Below are positions 39,501 through 48,000 of a stretch of 64,000 nucleotides of DNA, one piece after another. How positions within the stretch are numbered: position 1 is the stretch's first letter; each line of letters starts with the position of its first letter. Made by a program: the position numbers and the translations under genes. The stretch comes from a virus. Its lineage: Duplodnaviria > Caudoviricetes. The notes beneath the pieces were generated by a model. That model did not search any database. It saw nothing but the letters and a program-made list of their open reading frames with translations, and was not told where the DNA came from. The DNA lies in the IMG/VR virus record IMGVR_UViG_3300028797_000141, positions 1 through 64,000 of that record. One strand, 5' to 3'.

Positions 39501-41990
39501 ATTACCATTATCTAAATCTCTAATACCAGAAAACAAATCAAATTTAAGAAGTTCTGTTGAATATTCAGTTGGAACATATATAACGTTTCCAAATTCATTT
39601 GTTGATTTTTTAAACAATCCTCTATTAACTATAGGATTTCCTTGTTCTTTTGGAGCGTTAGGATTTATATCTCTTAATCTTTTTTCTATAAGTATATTTG
39701 AAAAATTATAAGTTTTATTTTGGAATTTAAATCTACCATAATTATTTAAAGGAGAATTTTTATTTCCTTCTCTATTAAGTTCACTTTCTAGTATTTGTTT
39801 TAAATTAGATATGAAACAGTTATTTAAAACATCTGAAGATAAATGATTATCAACAGTACTACTATTTAAATCTAATTTAATAACACTATAAGGTTGTAAT
39901 AGTTTTGTCATTCCATTTGTAGCAGATACTAAACTATCATCTATAAATGGCTCTTTCCAAACAGAATCTTCATCTTCTAATCTAGGTGCTTTAGCATTTG
40001 GATTAAAACTTCTTTCAGATTCAAATTCTTCTTTAAGATTATTATTGTTTCTTCTAATCTCCATCTTTTGTGACACTCTGTCATCAAAAGCTTCTTTAGT
40101 TTTTATAGCACCATCTATTGTATTTAATAATACATTAGCAATATTGCTTATATTTAGAATATGGTTGGGTTCAGATTGATTTTCTCCTACATTAGTAGTA
40201 ATATAATTATAAACTGCAGATTTATCTACAGAAGGATAATACATTTTTACTACATCATATAATTTATCAACTACTAATCTTAGTTTTGCAAAATATATAT
40301 CAGTAGAATCTTTCTTTCTTTCTATTTTATCCTCATCTTCTTCTAATTTATTTTCAGAAGAATTATAAGCTAATATATCTTTAGTATAATCAATTAAATC
40401 TTTATTCCTTACACTATTTTTAAAATCATTTATAAGTTTTCCTACTTCTCCTATTTTACCCTTTTTAGCATCATAATTTATTTCTATTCTAAATAAATTA
40501 TGGTCAATTGTTGTTATACTAGTTGCAGAATGAGTAGTATCATTAAAAAGTTGTAATCTAAAAGAACTACTTCTAGAAGATTTATCATTACTTATTCTAG
40601 TATTTAATTCTTTTTCTTTACGAACTACTTCACTCTTACTTACTATTTGTTTTGCAAAAGTTGTATATAAAGCATAAGCTAAATTATAATCATTTTGTAA
40701 ATCATTATATACTGATATAAGACCTTCCATTCCTGATACTTGTTCAGCTATTTGTCTTATACTTTCAACAAAACGCTCAGGATTTTCTTTATTAGTAGCT
40801 GTATAAAGTAAAACACATAATTCTTGTAAACTATGTGTAGATTCCATTCCTAATGCATTATTTAAATCATATTGATATTCACCATCAATAAGGTTTGTAG
40901 ATAATAATTTAGGAACTGTAGAAAGATATGATTTAATATCATCATTTAAATGTACCATATAAGATGGATAATGTCCATCATGTCCATCAAAAACAGTAAC
41001 ACTATAATCAAATTCTTCTTTTTCTTCATTACTTTCTGAAGTTGGTTCTCCATCATCTACAGCTTCAGAAGATTGTTCTTTTTGTAAATAACCATCATTA
41101 TCATCAGTTACATCTTCTCCTATTCCACCTTTGTTTAATATTCTAACTACATCTGTATCTTGATTGCTTAACATCAAATCTATAAGTCTATCTCTTTTTT
41201 TAATGTTACTGCCTTGTTCTATTGGAGTAAAATCTACTAATTCCTCAATTAAAGCTAACATATTTTTAATATCTCTAGGAGTGTCATTTCCTAAAGTATC
41301 TCTAACAACTCTAATTAACTCATGAGTAACAGCTAATAATTTTATAGTATCAATATCATAATTCTTGTCTCCTTTTTTTACATTATAAGCTTTCTCTATT
41401 TCTTGTTGAATATCTTTTATTTCATCAATATCTAATTTTTTAGAAAATTCATCTTTTGTTATACCAAAAGCATTTTCTATTTTATTCAACAAAGTAGTTC
41501 TATAATTATTTATTAATTGATTAACAAAGAAATTTTGAGTTTTAAGTTTTTCACTTTTATGTTTTTCTTGATAATCTTGATAACATCCTAATAAATGTTG
41601 TCCACCAAACTTAATACATTCACTTCTGTCATTAGCATCTTCGTAATTTAAACTATCATAAGTTACGTTTTTATTAATAGTGTCTCTAGCACTAGGATTA
41701 TTTCTATGAATATATTTAGATATATCATTTACAATAGTTCTAGGATTTATATTATTTAAATTAAATAACTCAGCACCATCTACTTTATCTTTTTCATCTT
41801 GATAAGTTTTAACATTTCTAGTACGTTCATACCAAGTTATAAACTCAGATTTGAATTTACCATTTTCTGTAATACTATACCAAGCATCAAATATACTTCT
41901 ATCATTTTCATTAAAACGTTTTTTAAGAAGTCTAAAAACTTCAGTATTACGTTCTTCAGCACTTAAATTATTAAGACAAGATTTACTCAT
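27546..41990 (-). CDS. Virion-packaged RNA polymerase (crAss-like vRNAP), 4814 aa
   Basis: Catalytic AQTGSDFDIDS (DFDID at 36249-36263), GYRIPTEGKQS, DAQSYIT, PGFHAAQ; size and position after the cargo genes. Confidence 0.93.
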   Translation of the reverse strand: MSKSCLNNLSAEERNTEVFRLLKKRFNENDRSIFDAWYSITENGKFKSEFITWYERTRNVKTYQDEKDKVDGAELFNLNNINPRTIVNDISKYIHRNNPSARDTINKNVTYDSLNYEDANDRSECIKFGGQHLLGCYQDYQEKHKSEKLKTQNFFVNQLINNYRTTLLNKIENAFGITKDEFSKKLDIDEIKDIQQEIEKAYNVKKGDKNYDIDTIKLLAVTHELIRVVRDTLGNDTPRDIKNMLALIEELVDFTPIEQGSNIKKRDRLIDLMLSNQDTDVVRILNKGGIGEDVTDDNDGYLQKEQSSEAVDDGEPTSESNEEKEEFDYSVTVFDGHDGHYPSYMVHLNDDIKSYLSTVPKLLSTNLIDGEYQYDLNNALGMESTHSLQELCVLLYTATNKENPERFVESIRQIAEQVSGMEGLISVYNDLQNDYNLAYALYTTFAKQIVSKSEVVRKEKELNTRISNDKSSRSSSFRLQLFNDTTHSATSITTIDHNLFRIEINYDAKKGKIGEVGKLINDFKNSVRNKDLIDYTKDILAYNSSENKLEEDEDKIERKKDSTDIYFAKLRLVVDKLYDVVKMYYPSVDKSAVYNYITTNVGENQSEPNHILNISNIANVLLNTIDGAIKTKEAFDDRVSQKMEIRRNNNNLKEEFESERSFNPNAKAPRLEDEDSVWKEPFIDDSLVSATNGMTKLLQPYSVIKLDLNSSTVDNHLSSDVLNNCFISNLKQILESELNREGNKNSPLNNYGRFKFQNKTYNFSNILIEKRLRDINPNAPKEQGNPIVNRGLFKKSTNEFGNVIYVPTEYSTELLKFDLFSGIRDLDNGNSKLYSKMSDNDYLVTSLLYFQKSTHSSQLLEGLTFPSYFLPTPADAPKNYVMNAPKYTINDFIRPVDKLELQKAIDDHIKAITKIRSLDNVDFQKANENSLELEENEFITLITSGKLPARYVSNSIKDKGNEIRIKYKDQEIIGTVDYTDKKKNYGEIKFEAFVDYLNTKAKDVLKHHYEFGLLSHTIALVDGNYLKTVYNTAHPIYNQLLSIFLKEVSDCNIALTHLFEPNKTNTGFVQINNEKGKDGKPLNNHKNNIEWNKQTVGQYENPEEHCSQNYHKDENDKVYVQDENGVFHLKGKVFKSSKFTVGTKNFLEDMFAEGYGESEDGTIHALYGGNNTHIHTDENGNVILTPAQLAKAQECINNFIKATIDSKVTKFNDMEHLLSDVPHDFYDIAEYALNYFIALENVTDLMLGNEKYYKNYNDIFKRVKEVQGSGVPYALMDVTKSMIPIRTEVSKAYLNTQKVQDRLNKFGTLHDCKNYSHFYGVTVANSKRAPKTLPILKETYEEVVLEDLKNNLKKAIERDIIDKSKETLSQVEIDEKVKNKLEKLLPQLKKRAQQKVEGMTKSFSGIKVNDAQSYITFEEWIRRVAGRGQLDKYLPLIEKILDEKTPLDFNDVAQIAQIQVQKNFYYDETFDVELGTHRPRQIKNSEFVLIPRLIKGTDLEKVYNAMIAHGIDQLNTVETSKAGKRNIQKLWDNDGRLVDSWLNPENKTIESGKELYDYNYLYTQQETPQHMNARNKAGIQIMKKIKDNINEDSPLYYNKKEIEDMYCYNILDSFQSLMRTLGVPLNSDGTIKTVKDDRGNLKIAGIDAEVMCSFIKDEIIRRNMDSRMLDFVRLEDSPVIENTDIEFGLDTKIPLYANPSLSTKFENIVQAMFNNRITRQKLPGFHAAQVTSTGFISSEKVDKYILRKGYRNKNYPDNITPEKYNTLKPGERVRYQKVSGDVAISEELQYYPAKYKHKETGEIITEREYLKLNKDYAKDYERDGASSVVEVIVPVSAFNLSRRDAKGNYKSDEDLLKELKDEGLDEIIGYRIPTEGKQSTAVMKIVGFIDEVYGSTIIVPDGWVAQTGSDFDIDSVYTMVPNNKLNDITKKVEKVNYKRDDFDIYDYIDYIKTRCDEKVNSKIKDEIKELSNYIAGMRDENSEHLNLLFDKRLLLLNRFSENYTNIINEAYKKAEEDNKGKSKSEITIAKAQAVIDALQTYYEANPNISEKNKDKVLQYVEQEEEIIDAINNNSKYSQMFKAGLENIKANRLARIESLAEKHGLLSYKAFLQLPTPVKNSKDARDNNLIDNMLTILKSDLSLQEKLATSKFTDITNVRDNIMPKSEKEKRKMRSPFDIEAQAANLEDAISGRELKGISVQCDNMVSLCNNTKPTLTKNSKITIEYPFNENYNDAFVLELKHRFGKNNVTIDKKRNIIKIEHDKFGWSEDNKGVNGDYITIYASEVTAHQLDIIKEGGVPNVNKETFRVYRMFPDIGSNYETAVSFMMQPIVTKLVQFQNSRNSIYNKKYLNPFNETIKTIGESFGINTENKPISDIKEEIESKIPDFKNLKEEFVVLNSDLLTQRLNDENIGIDNNIFDYLVLLQYDKLKTIGDKINAISFVTNPDKFGAKQTMYDTSIVFDRIDEIIHDKFPVFEKVDDKHFLQRLYPGVEKGVERYLAESDDSQSIYPSAHYFLKYASAASIVINRSLFITEHPNFRENIDRLLYSLNHNVKYLKPEVYNSFKKYMINYIYSNLDIITKPVAINKGKLEITDGNPMAEKRRIAGYGCSADLKIKDGNKFVEFKPIDLTYPTEEEIAKFSTYSPAQKVYFLQTRFSDSLVCNFLQVDLNVQKDWLKQKKGAQAITFKENSNSPDYIIEQFENMFYNDHPFVKLTALDLIKYATVVEGNNFKYGSINKIIGNSPLLQSLDSKGTGIVDSLKYKVQDFVKNNITEEHKRLVDSLVDSFIRSNSTMSDIASCYLDDEEIKKFERLPRGVLRIVPQRDNSQFLLDNNICYEDKVEYAPNDKKQFVPNKYVLIKGKFGKKTLYKTVNKDGRIYLYPLNILESNEYGAWSSNSKNNIYERATTYEAFIDALEDKEASQIDVKKLFDEIKQDAIKDRPENVAVVKSKEDGIVDVYGDDSPRQALRKRIIDYFSNPLSGKLYLPNTYLNNTIKSFNSQVFELDGKLFRVRKVDVSKYNKAAKHKNNEQLNEALKNAIPEFENYIRTTLTNSDFVQTTFEIEDISNEDEYFSTAVEETPLDTVSKIDATIRRQTVHDESEEANQFHIDSTIDSKEAGNKTAEEQMEDMVINMRKFAETRVENIINGVGGLKYFVEDGTDYIPMTDPRVFEIMTSNKGAKVHRNYIKNLLEIKKLLADFEPFRHFVYDESNSHLKPHIDAILHKLDELLASPIYQLAEKEYVTNYLAKISNNPNIKNDIISLFDNFHETSYLAAHINDLQDSNNPIIQIATKTIMADIRAKDLQGKEVIRKFKEQVSALQAEAKKHGLNINFDNIINDEGMFVQEYNAQFEEDLKTLEKGKREAYSAYLSFTGDEYDKAQLFNTYLKAKRKYELFLTKNINREVADGFYVGKLALDERFIKEDGNYEDVYVAYKMLVDQKYRLLNKVTDSEEISGNEREKRLEEIETKIHALKSNYYQTADGLWHEKHDYEPYTLSSDPKTRRLQNMYSASAADKISDYTKENSKLYSTYYDTDEKFAFRETLENCLSTINKYEQVDPNTGLPTRTRESLEKEKDYMQAKLWLRKNAIKTIYLDKETIKRYNAQNRDWFKDYLDGKIPEDSSEFRYLIHLAQEYFSKNRGEGSNRKAAYRIIGEKYKDSDGYVDATQMSEKEIEVIRQDELAKYGIGRSSQFNEKSIIHNGLDDGILYTSDFYKGMQVGGATNKDYLDLVFKINTILSRGFIRSTRVLDTTLLDATDLKNLLDLFEDLGYNQYSSEFDRKSKVNKHVGVTKRKIESVKKFIDENVYFVITPEEQAEFDRQKAIIEATGDDNLIQLWLKVNQEWTDDKGFVPNHLLWGHAKPKDAVKDKFTDYQKTAAIKILNATYVTRPTKYYEDKLNEMIKRYGVESAEYRDWYNKNHVYNPYSHRYEPLPCWTTSRYNDNIDADWIPNGNMRISKVKDEYANPFHKEGMNEKSNYKSKAQRERIKQYNEDTYFSETTEGNSNIETIPDTSYDSKVQANEYELEMKKLFQEMLYKLAQNKKAKQRVEEGYMALRSKGEKSNKEVIISEFLKLWGIDKGGRTTWDGSDKVDYGMDYIPNMPMMNDLKGKHTEYPPKLSDFPNTPEGKEKYKKAVDDYNARKEEVDKKNREIHKSLIDKNWVSVMEDFIEKATHYNALQDNKYQLYYIKNLLEDISRYKTKHGKPIIDERKSTPDNVEYVKEGNTALIDQYNNWVMRLLFDLYRVDKGKYTTAANIMQSITSTSFMTMNVRGGIANITVGESSMLGEAFASQYFGHKDLQIANARYGAGLISYFAGSMDETSSSLQDAIIKGMEIVDYDMLNGVVTQIPLEKWTERVRNFTYSPNNMGEHKMQNTAMFAMMESHRLVPNPKTNSYGTAKYVLMNFNEYLENIRIEALLQVLTENQKQEFQEWLKRIKQNPELGIDFAWYKKEPVSQFLMKRCTKEQRKEFDKKIKENKKLKKEEFEKNPTLYSQLELGSDKKLAFKADSLLNEMNHLEDGQEVTDAYRLMGEFKGRCISVNKKIHGNYGKLDSARIEKFGWGRLLMQYHKHIPTGIAKRYRKQGYFNEERGTIEKGSYISILDFLSMPIKMIEEGRELDSETKETIKGLQKVAAYAVDYFRYLKMYKGVMPEYEIQNMNRIVGNLCGIALAIGLAILAHMGWDDDDESLAYNLLIYETDRLATEASEFFPIGGYGQLKKLISSPVAAQTLVQDTLNILGTCFGVIVQGEDYNPYFETGRYAGKLKGWVYFERRLPYWRNWVALRDLGESNHYYKLGDNALSFIPVKAIGEKFRE
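29559..29574 (-). repeat. Dispersed motif, CGCCCGTA variant in the vRNAP CDS
   Basis: ttcttctttacgggcg (reverse complement cgcccgtaaagaagaa). Confidence 0.6.
31867..31883 (+). repeat. Dispersed motif in the vRNAP CDS
   Basis: tcccccgtaaaagaaag, encodes LSFTGD on the - strand. Confidence 0.8.
36945..36962 (-). repeat. Dispersed motif in the vRNAP CDS
   Basis: attctctattacggggga, encodes DSPVIEN. Confidence 0.8.
38483..38500 (+). repeat. Dispersed motif in the vRNAP CDS
   Basis: ttcccccgtagagagcat, encodes HALYGGN. Confidence 0.8.
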
Positions 41991-42014
41991 AATGCTAATA
42001 TTTTATATTTGTTA

Positions 42015-45000
42015 TTATAATTTACAACTAATTTCCATTGTTCCATCTTTTATATCAGATATACATTTAAGTTGATTTTCAGGAGATAATAAACTTACAA
42101 ACTCTGATACTGAAGAATGTCTTGTTTTATTTTCAGTATTTAATTTATATGATTTACTAGTTAAAGATTTTTTATTTGTATTTACTTTTCCATCAAAATT
42201 TAATAATACATCTTGAATGCTTTCTATACTTTCTTCTAATACATCTGATTTTACGTTTAAAAACGATACAATCCAATCTAATATATCTTTAAATAAAGAC
42301 CTTTGCACACCATCTATTTTCTCTCCTACATTATTTAATTCTTTAAGAAGATTAGAATTTGTAAAAATTTCAGATATAAATTCATCTACATTACTTAAAC
42401 CATAAGCCAAATTATTAATACCTGTATGATAATCATTTATTAATTCATCTACAGACTTTCCATATTTTTTAGCTAATAATGTTCTAGCTTTATTAAATAT
42501 ATTATTTATTCTGTTTATTTGTTTATCTGTAGGATTAGCATTATGAACAATCATATGTATAATTTCGTGTAATATAGTATTATCTACTATTCCATCTTTA
42601 CCTCCAAATTTTACACTATTATTTACATAGATTGCATTAGTTGTAGGGTCATAAATAGCAGCAGAAGTAAAATTAAAATTAGGTGTTAATTGTTTCATTT
42701 CATTTCTAGTAACAAGATAACATCTAGCATCTAATAATTCTTTTAAACTTCCACCTAATGTGTTTATTAAACTTTTAAATGGTGTATTATTAGCTAACAG
42801 ATTTTGCAACATAACAAATACAGAAACAGAACGACCATTATTAAATTTATCATACAATTTATCATCAGATGACAATCTAGTATCATCAAATCTTTGCATT
42901 TCAAAATATTTTGTAGTTTCATCTTCATATTCATAACTTTCATTTAGTGCCTCATCATAAGTCATATTTCGAAGTTCTACTATATATAAAGATTCTTCAT
43001 TTTCTTTAGCTATATTTTTAAATTCTAATGTTTTATTTTTATCTATATATCCTGCTTTTTTAGCTTCATTAAACAATATACCACAAAGTCTTTTTACTTC
43101 ATCAGCATGATAAAATTTACCACTATATGGACTTCTATCTGGTCTATTTACTAATGTAGCTCTTGATGCAACAAATTGTCCATCAACATTTTCTCTTTTA
43201 GAGAATAATCTGTTTATATTTAATTTATCTTTAGTTTTTACATTATGATAATCACAAAGTCTATTTAATACAGTTTCTACATCTTGTAAATTATTTGCAT
43301 GTTTGTCTGAAATACTTTGATTATCATTAAATTTTTTTATAGATTTTAATTTACTATCGTTTATATCAGTTTTAATAGTTATTAATGGAGTATCTTCCAT
43401 AATTGTACTAAAAAATATATTATTATTCTCTTTACTAAACGTACCTACATTATTAGTAGCTGATTTGATTTGGTTTGGTTCATAAACATGAAAAATTCTA
43501 TTTAATGTTACACCTCCAGCCGCTTTTGGTTTTACAACTTCTTCAATACCATCAAATCCTCTAGATTGAACACCTTCTCTAATATACTTGCCAGTATAAT
43601 CCTTGTCGTATTCTTCTGTTGTAATTTTATCTATTCTTTTTATATTAAGAAATACATCTTTTTTTATACTTCCATAAGATTTATATATTTTAGGATTAGA
43701 GCTAAACCAAAAAGCATGAGAATATGTATCTTTTACTACATTTTTATCAAAAACTGGACTTTCAATATCTGAATAATTATATACTACCAATGGTTCACCA
43801 TTCTCATCTACTACTTTAGAAGCATTGGCAGGGTCATTCTCCCAATCACCAAACCATTCTTTGAAAGCCTTAGTCCTAACTTGTAACCATTGTCTTTCAG
43901 TAAGGTTGGTAGGCTTACCATTAGGAGCTTTCATAAAAGTACCATCAGCAATAGCTTGGTCTTTTATTTGCTGCATTTCTTCGGCATATTGGTTTTCTAC
44001 TACTGTACTTAACATTATATCATTATCTGTTATTTCATATTTATCATTAGATTTAGTTTTACCAAAGAATTCATCTATATTTTGTGAAGTAGATTCTGTT
44101 GAAGTATTTTCTATAGTTTGAGTTTCTGTATTAGATTCTGTATTTTCATTTATAACTAAAGCTCCTTGTAAAGCATATAGTTCTTTTTGTAATAAACTAG
44201 TTTCTTTTACTTTAAATTTTTTATGTTCAATATTTTTACCACCTTTAGTATAATATGAAACATAATTAAACAATTCTGCTAATATGTTTAATAATTTATT
44301 CCAAAGATTATTTTTATCAACTTTACTTTCATCTACTTCAAAAGTACTTTCTATAGTATTTAAAAATTCTGCAAGTTCTTTACTAGTCATACTTTCGACT
44401 AAGAACTCTTCTAATCTTCTATTTTCATCCTTTTCTTTTTCAAACAAATATTTACCATATTTAGAATAAGTTTCAGGATTTTTAGTTAAATAATCACCAA
44501 ATTCATCAAATATTTGTTTTACTTGTTTTAATATAGCTTCTCTATTTCTACCAAGTTTAATATGTAATTGTTCATGTATAAGTTTACGTAATGCTTGATT
44601 TCTAAAACTTGTCTTTGTTTCTTCTGTTAATCTACCTGTTAAATTTTCTACACTACCATCTGACATAACTACATTACCAGTTCCGGTTAGCATATTCAAC
44701 CATTGTCTAGTTACAGTTACTTCTTTAGTTCTTTTATTAGCTTTTGCGTTAATAGGTCTTTTTCTATTATCTAAAATTTCTTCTACAAATATAAGATTTT
44801 TTGGTAATAATTCGTGTTCATTAAGAGATTTTAAGATTTTGTCAGTTAGCTTATCACCCAGAGCAAGTTTAAATATTTCTTCTACAGAATTATCTTTTCC
44901 ACTCTTTACAAGTTCTTCTAATTTACTAGAATCAACTTGTTGAATTTGAGTAGTAGGTTGTTGAGTAGTAGTAGTTTGTTGAGTATCATCATTCTTCTCT

Positions 45001-48000
45001 ATGGGGGAGCTTATTCGTTTTAAACTAACTTTCATTATTTGATTAGCTCTTTGGTCTTTTCCTTTTCTTCTATAATTTGTACCATCTTCTTGAGTAGTAT
45101 TTACTCTAACAACTCCACCTTTTACAACAAAATCTTTAAAACTAGTAAAATGATGTACTTTCTTTTTTACTTCTTCTTCAGTTTCAGTACCATCTAACAC
45201 TACTACATCAAAACCTCCAGTACTAGTTTTACTAGCAAAACTATTTGTATTCCTACTGTAAGGTGAAAAATAACTATAATCTAAGTTAAATTTACATTTA
45301 GACACAAAACTTTTAATATTATCTTTTAATTCATTTATATTATTTTTATTAAATTCTTTTTGAGTTTGTACTTTATTTTCACCATCGTTTCTAGTTTGAA
45401 CTAACTTTACACTATTATTTTTTAAATTAAATATAATTTCATCACGACCATTGTCAGCATATTGTGTTAATATAATATTATCACCATTTTGATTCCAATC
45501 TATACCATAAAGTAAAGGTTTAGTTCCTTTATTTATATCTTTGTGCTCTACACCTTTTTTACCTACTTTTTTGCCTGTAAGTTTGTATAAAAATTCTAAA
45601 AATTCAACAACATTTCCATTAGATAAATTATCATCAAATTGTTTATTTAATGCTTTATTTGTATCTTGTATAATCTTATAAGCTTCAGAATCTTTATCTA
45701 ATTGAGTATCTCCAATTTCTACAGCAGTAGCTACACAATATTGATTTTTACCACTTCTATTAGGTATTATGATATGAGGTTCACCTAAATTAGCAATTTC
45801 ATCATGTAATATTCTATTACCATTAGTGTCTATAACTATACTTTCGTCTTTATTTATAGGCTTTCTAACACATACTTCTACTTCATTAGGATTAGCTATT
45901 GCTTTATGACTTTGTTCAAATTCATAGTAATGACTATCATTTGTTCTTTTACTAGCATCGTGTTCTATTTCAACTTTTCTTATTAATTCTCCATCATTTA
46001 TATTTTCTACAGTTATATCTAATATACTACCACTATTAATTTCTTTGGCTAATTCGTTTACAGCATTATAAGATTCATATAAATTATCAAAGAAAGCTGT
46101 TATATCATCAGCTATATACTGAGGATTATTATTAGCAAAATTTATAGTAGGCTTAGCGTGTTTAAAAATTTTACATACAAAACCAACAACTTCTGATGGG
46201 TCTGCATCTGGTATAATATTATCATCTTCTTTTGATAAACAATATTGATAAACTCTATCTATAATTATTCCTTTTTGTTGTTCAGTTAAAGAATCATTAT
46301 AATTTAAATCTGCAATATCTTGTCTTATTCTATCTTCTATAGGATTTTGACTTATTAATAAATTTTCAAAGAAAGGCTCTATATTAGCTTTTGCTTTAGT
46401 TTTTCTATCATGTATAGTTATAGTCCAACCTTCATTATTATATTCAAAATTACCAAATCCATTAATATCTGGTATAGGTAAGTATGCTACATTAGTACTA
46501 TTATGTTGAAGAGCAATACGTTTTCCATATAATCTTTTAGGATTATCTTCTACTACATAAGTTAATTTATCACCTAATTTTAAATTCCAAAATTCCTTTA
46601 TTTGTTTTGGATTATTTTCTTCAAATATAGTATCTATATCAACTCTTTGAACTTCAGAGTTACCTATGCGTTCTTTAATTCGTTCAGCTTCAGTTTTATG
46701 AATGTTTTCATCCATATTAGGGTCATTAACATTATCTAACAATTTAACTGAACTTAAACCTTCAGGAGTTTTAGTAAAATAATCTTTTAATTGTTCTTTA
46801 ATTATATCACCTTGATATTCATTAGGATATAATTTATTAAGATTTCTTATAAAGTCTTCAAAGAAAAATACATATTTACCATCAGAAGTTTTTTGGAATT
46901 TATAAGCTTCTGCAACAGATTGAACTAAACCAGCTATAGCTTGTTTTTTACTATCTGTTAAACTTGTATTTCCTTCAACTACTGTATAATACATAACATC
47001 ATTAGTTTTATCTGCTACATCTAATAATGCTATTTTATTTTCAATTATCTTTTTGTATTTATTTATATAATCTTCTAAGTCGTTTGTATCAATATCTTGA
47101 TGATTAGCTCTAACTTCTTCTATAATTGTAGTTAATGCTTGACGTAAATCTTCTCCATTCTTTCTAGCTTCTTTTATTTTACCAAACATTTCTTTTTGTA
47201 TAGCAACACCTTGTTGTATTTTTTCAATAAGTTTTTCTTGACGTTGAGATAACAATTTATCAGCATCAGAAGCTTCATCATTTCCGTCATTATTTGGACC
47301 ACCATAAACTTTTCCAAGAGGGTCAATAACCTCCCCCGTAGAAGAAATTGGTGCAGTTTCAGGTGCAGTTTCTCTAACTATTAATCCACCTTTTTCACAA
47401 TTTTCATCATTTAATGCAGTTGGAAAACTACCATCATCATTTAATTTTATTGTAGGATTTTCTAATACTTGAACATATTTACCTATAATATCTTCTGGTT
47501 TAAAATGTTCAGTTTTTTCTTCTTGATTATTTTTATCAACTTTTGTTATGTAATCTATTATTTTAGGATATAATGCTTTCTTAACATCATCAGAAACATT
47601 ATTATCCAAATCTAAACGCAATTCAACTCCAATAGTATTACTATTTTCATCTAATATATCATTAAATCTAAATCCTTCATCAGAAGAATCTATAGGAACT
47701 TTTGTGAAAGTAATACCATTACTAACATCAAATTTAACACTTAGTTTATAATCTTCATTAAGTTTTTGTGTATTATTATCATTATTATTTTGTTGCTGAT
47801 TTTGGGTTGCCGTTTGTTGGGTAGTTTGCGGTTCAGATTGGCTCTGTTGTTGGTTTTCTTGCGATTTCTGCTGTTTTTGTTGTTGTGTAGTATTATTGTC
47901 CGGCTGTGAATTTTGGGGCTGTGTAATCGAATTTTCACTTCCTGTATTTAAATTTTCGTCTTCACTTGCTTCAAGTTCACCTTGCAGAATACTAATCTGA

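Noticed and set aside
42004-42011. Plus-strand TATATTTG between the two giant genes (and at 4197)
   Set aside because: There is no upstream TTG at a proper distance and no following C. At 42004 it is also antisense to the operon, so it is likely chance in AT-rich DNA.
46490-47410. Intein in the 2987-aa protein (CEKGG... LQHNS)
   Set aside because: Block A is a poor match, there is no TxxH block B, and the F block is unconvincing. PolB and the vRNAP show no intein motifs either.
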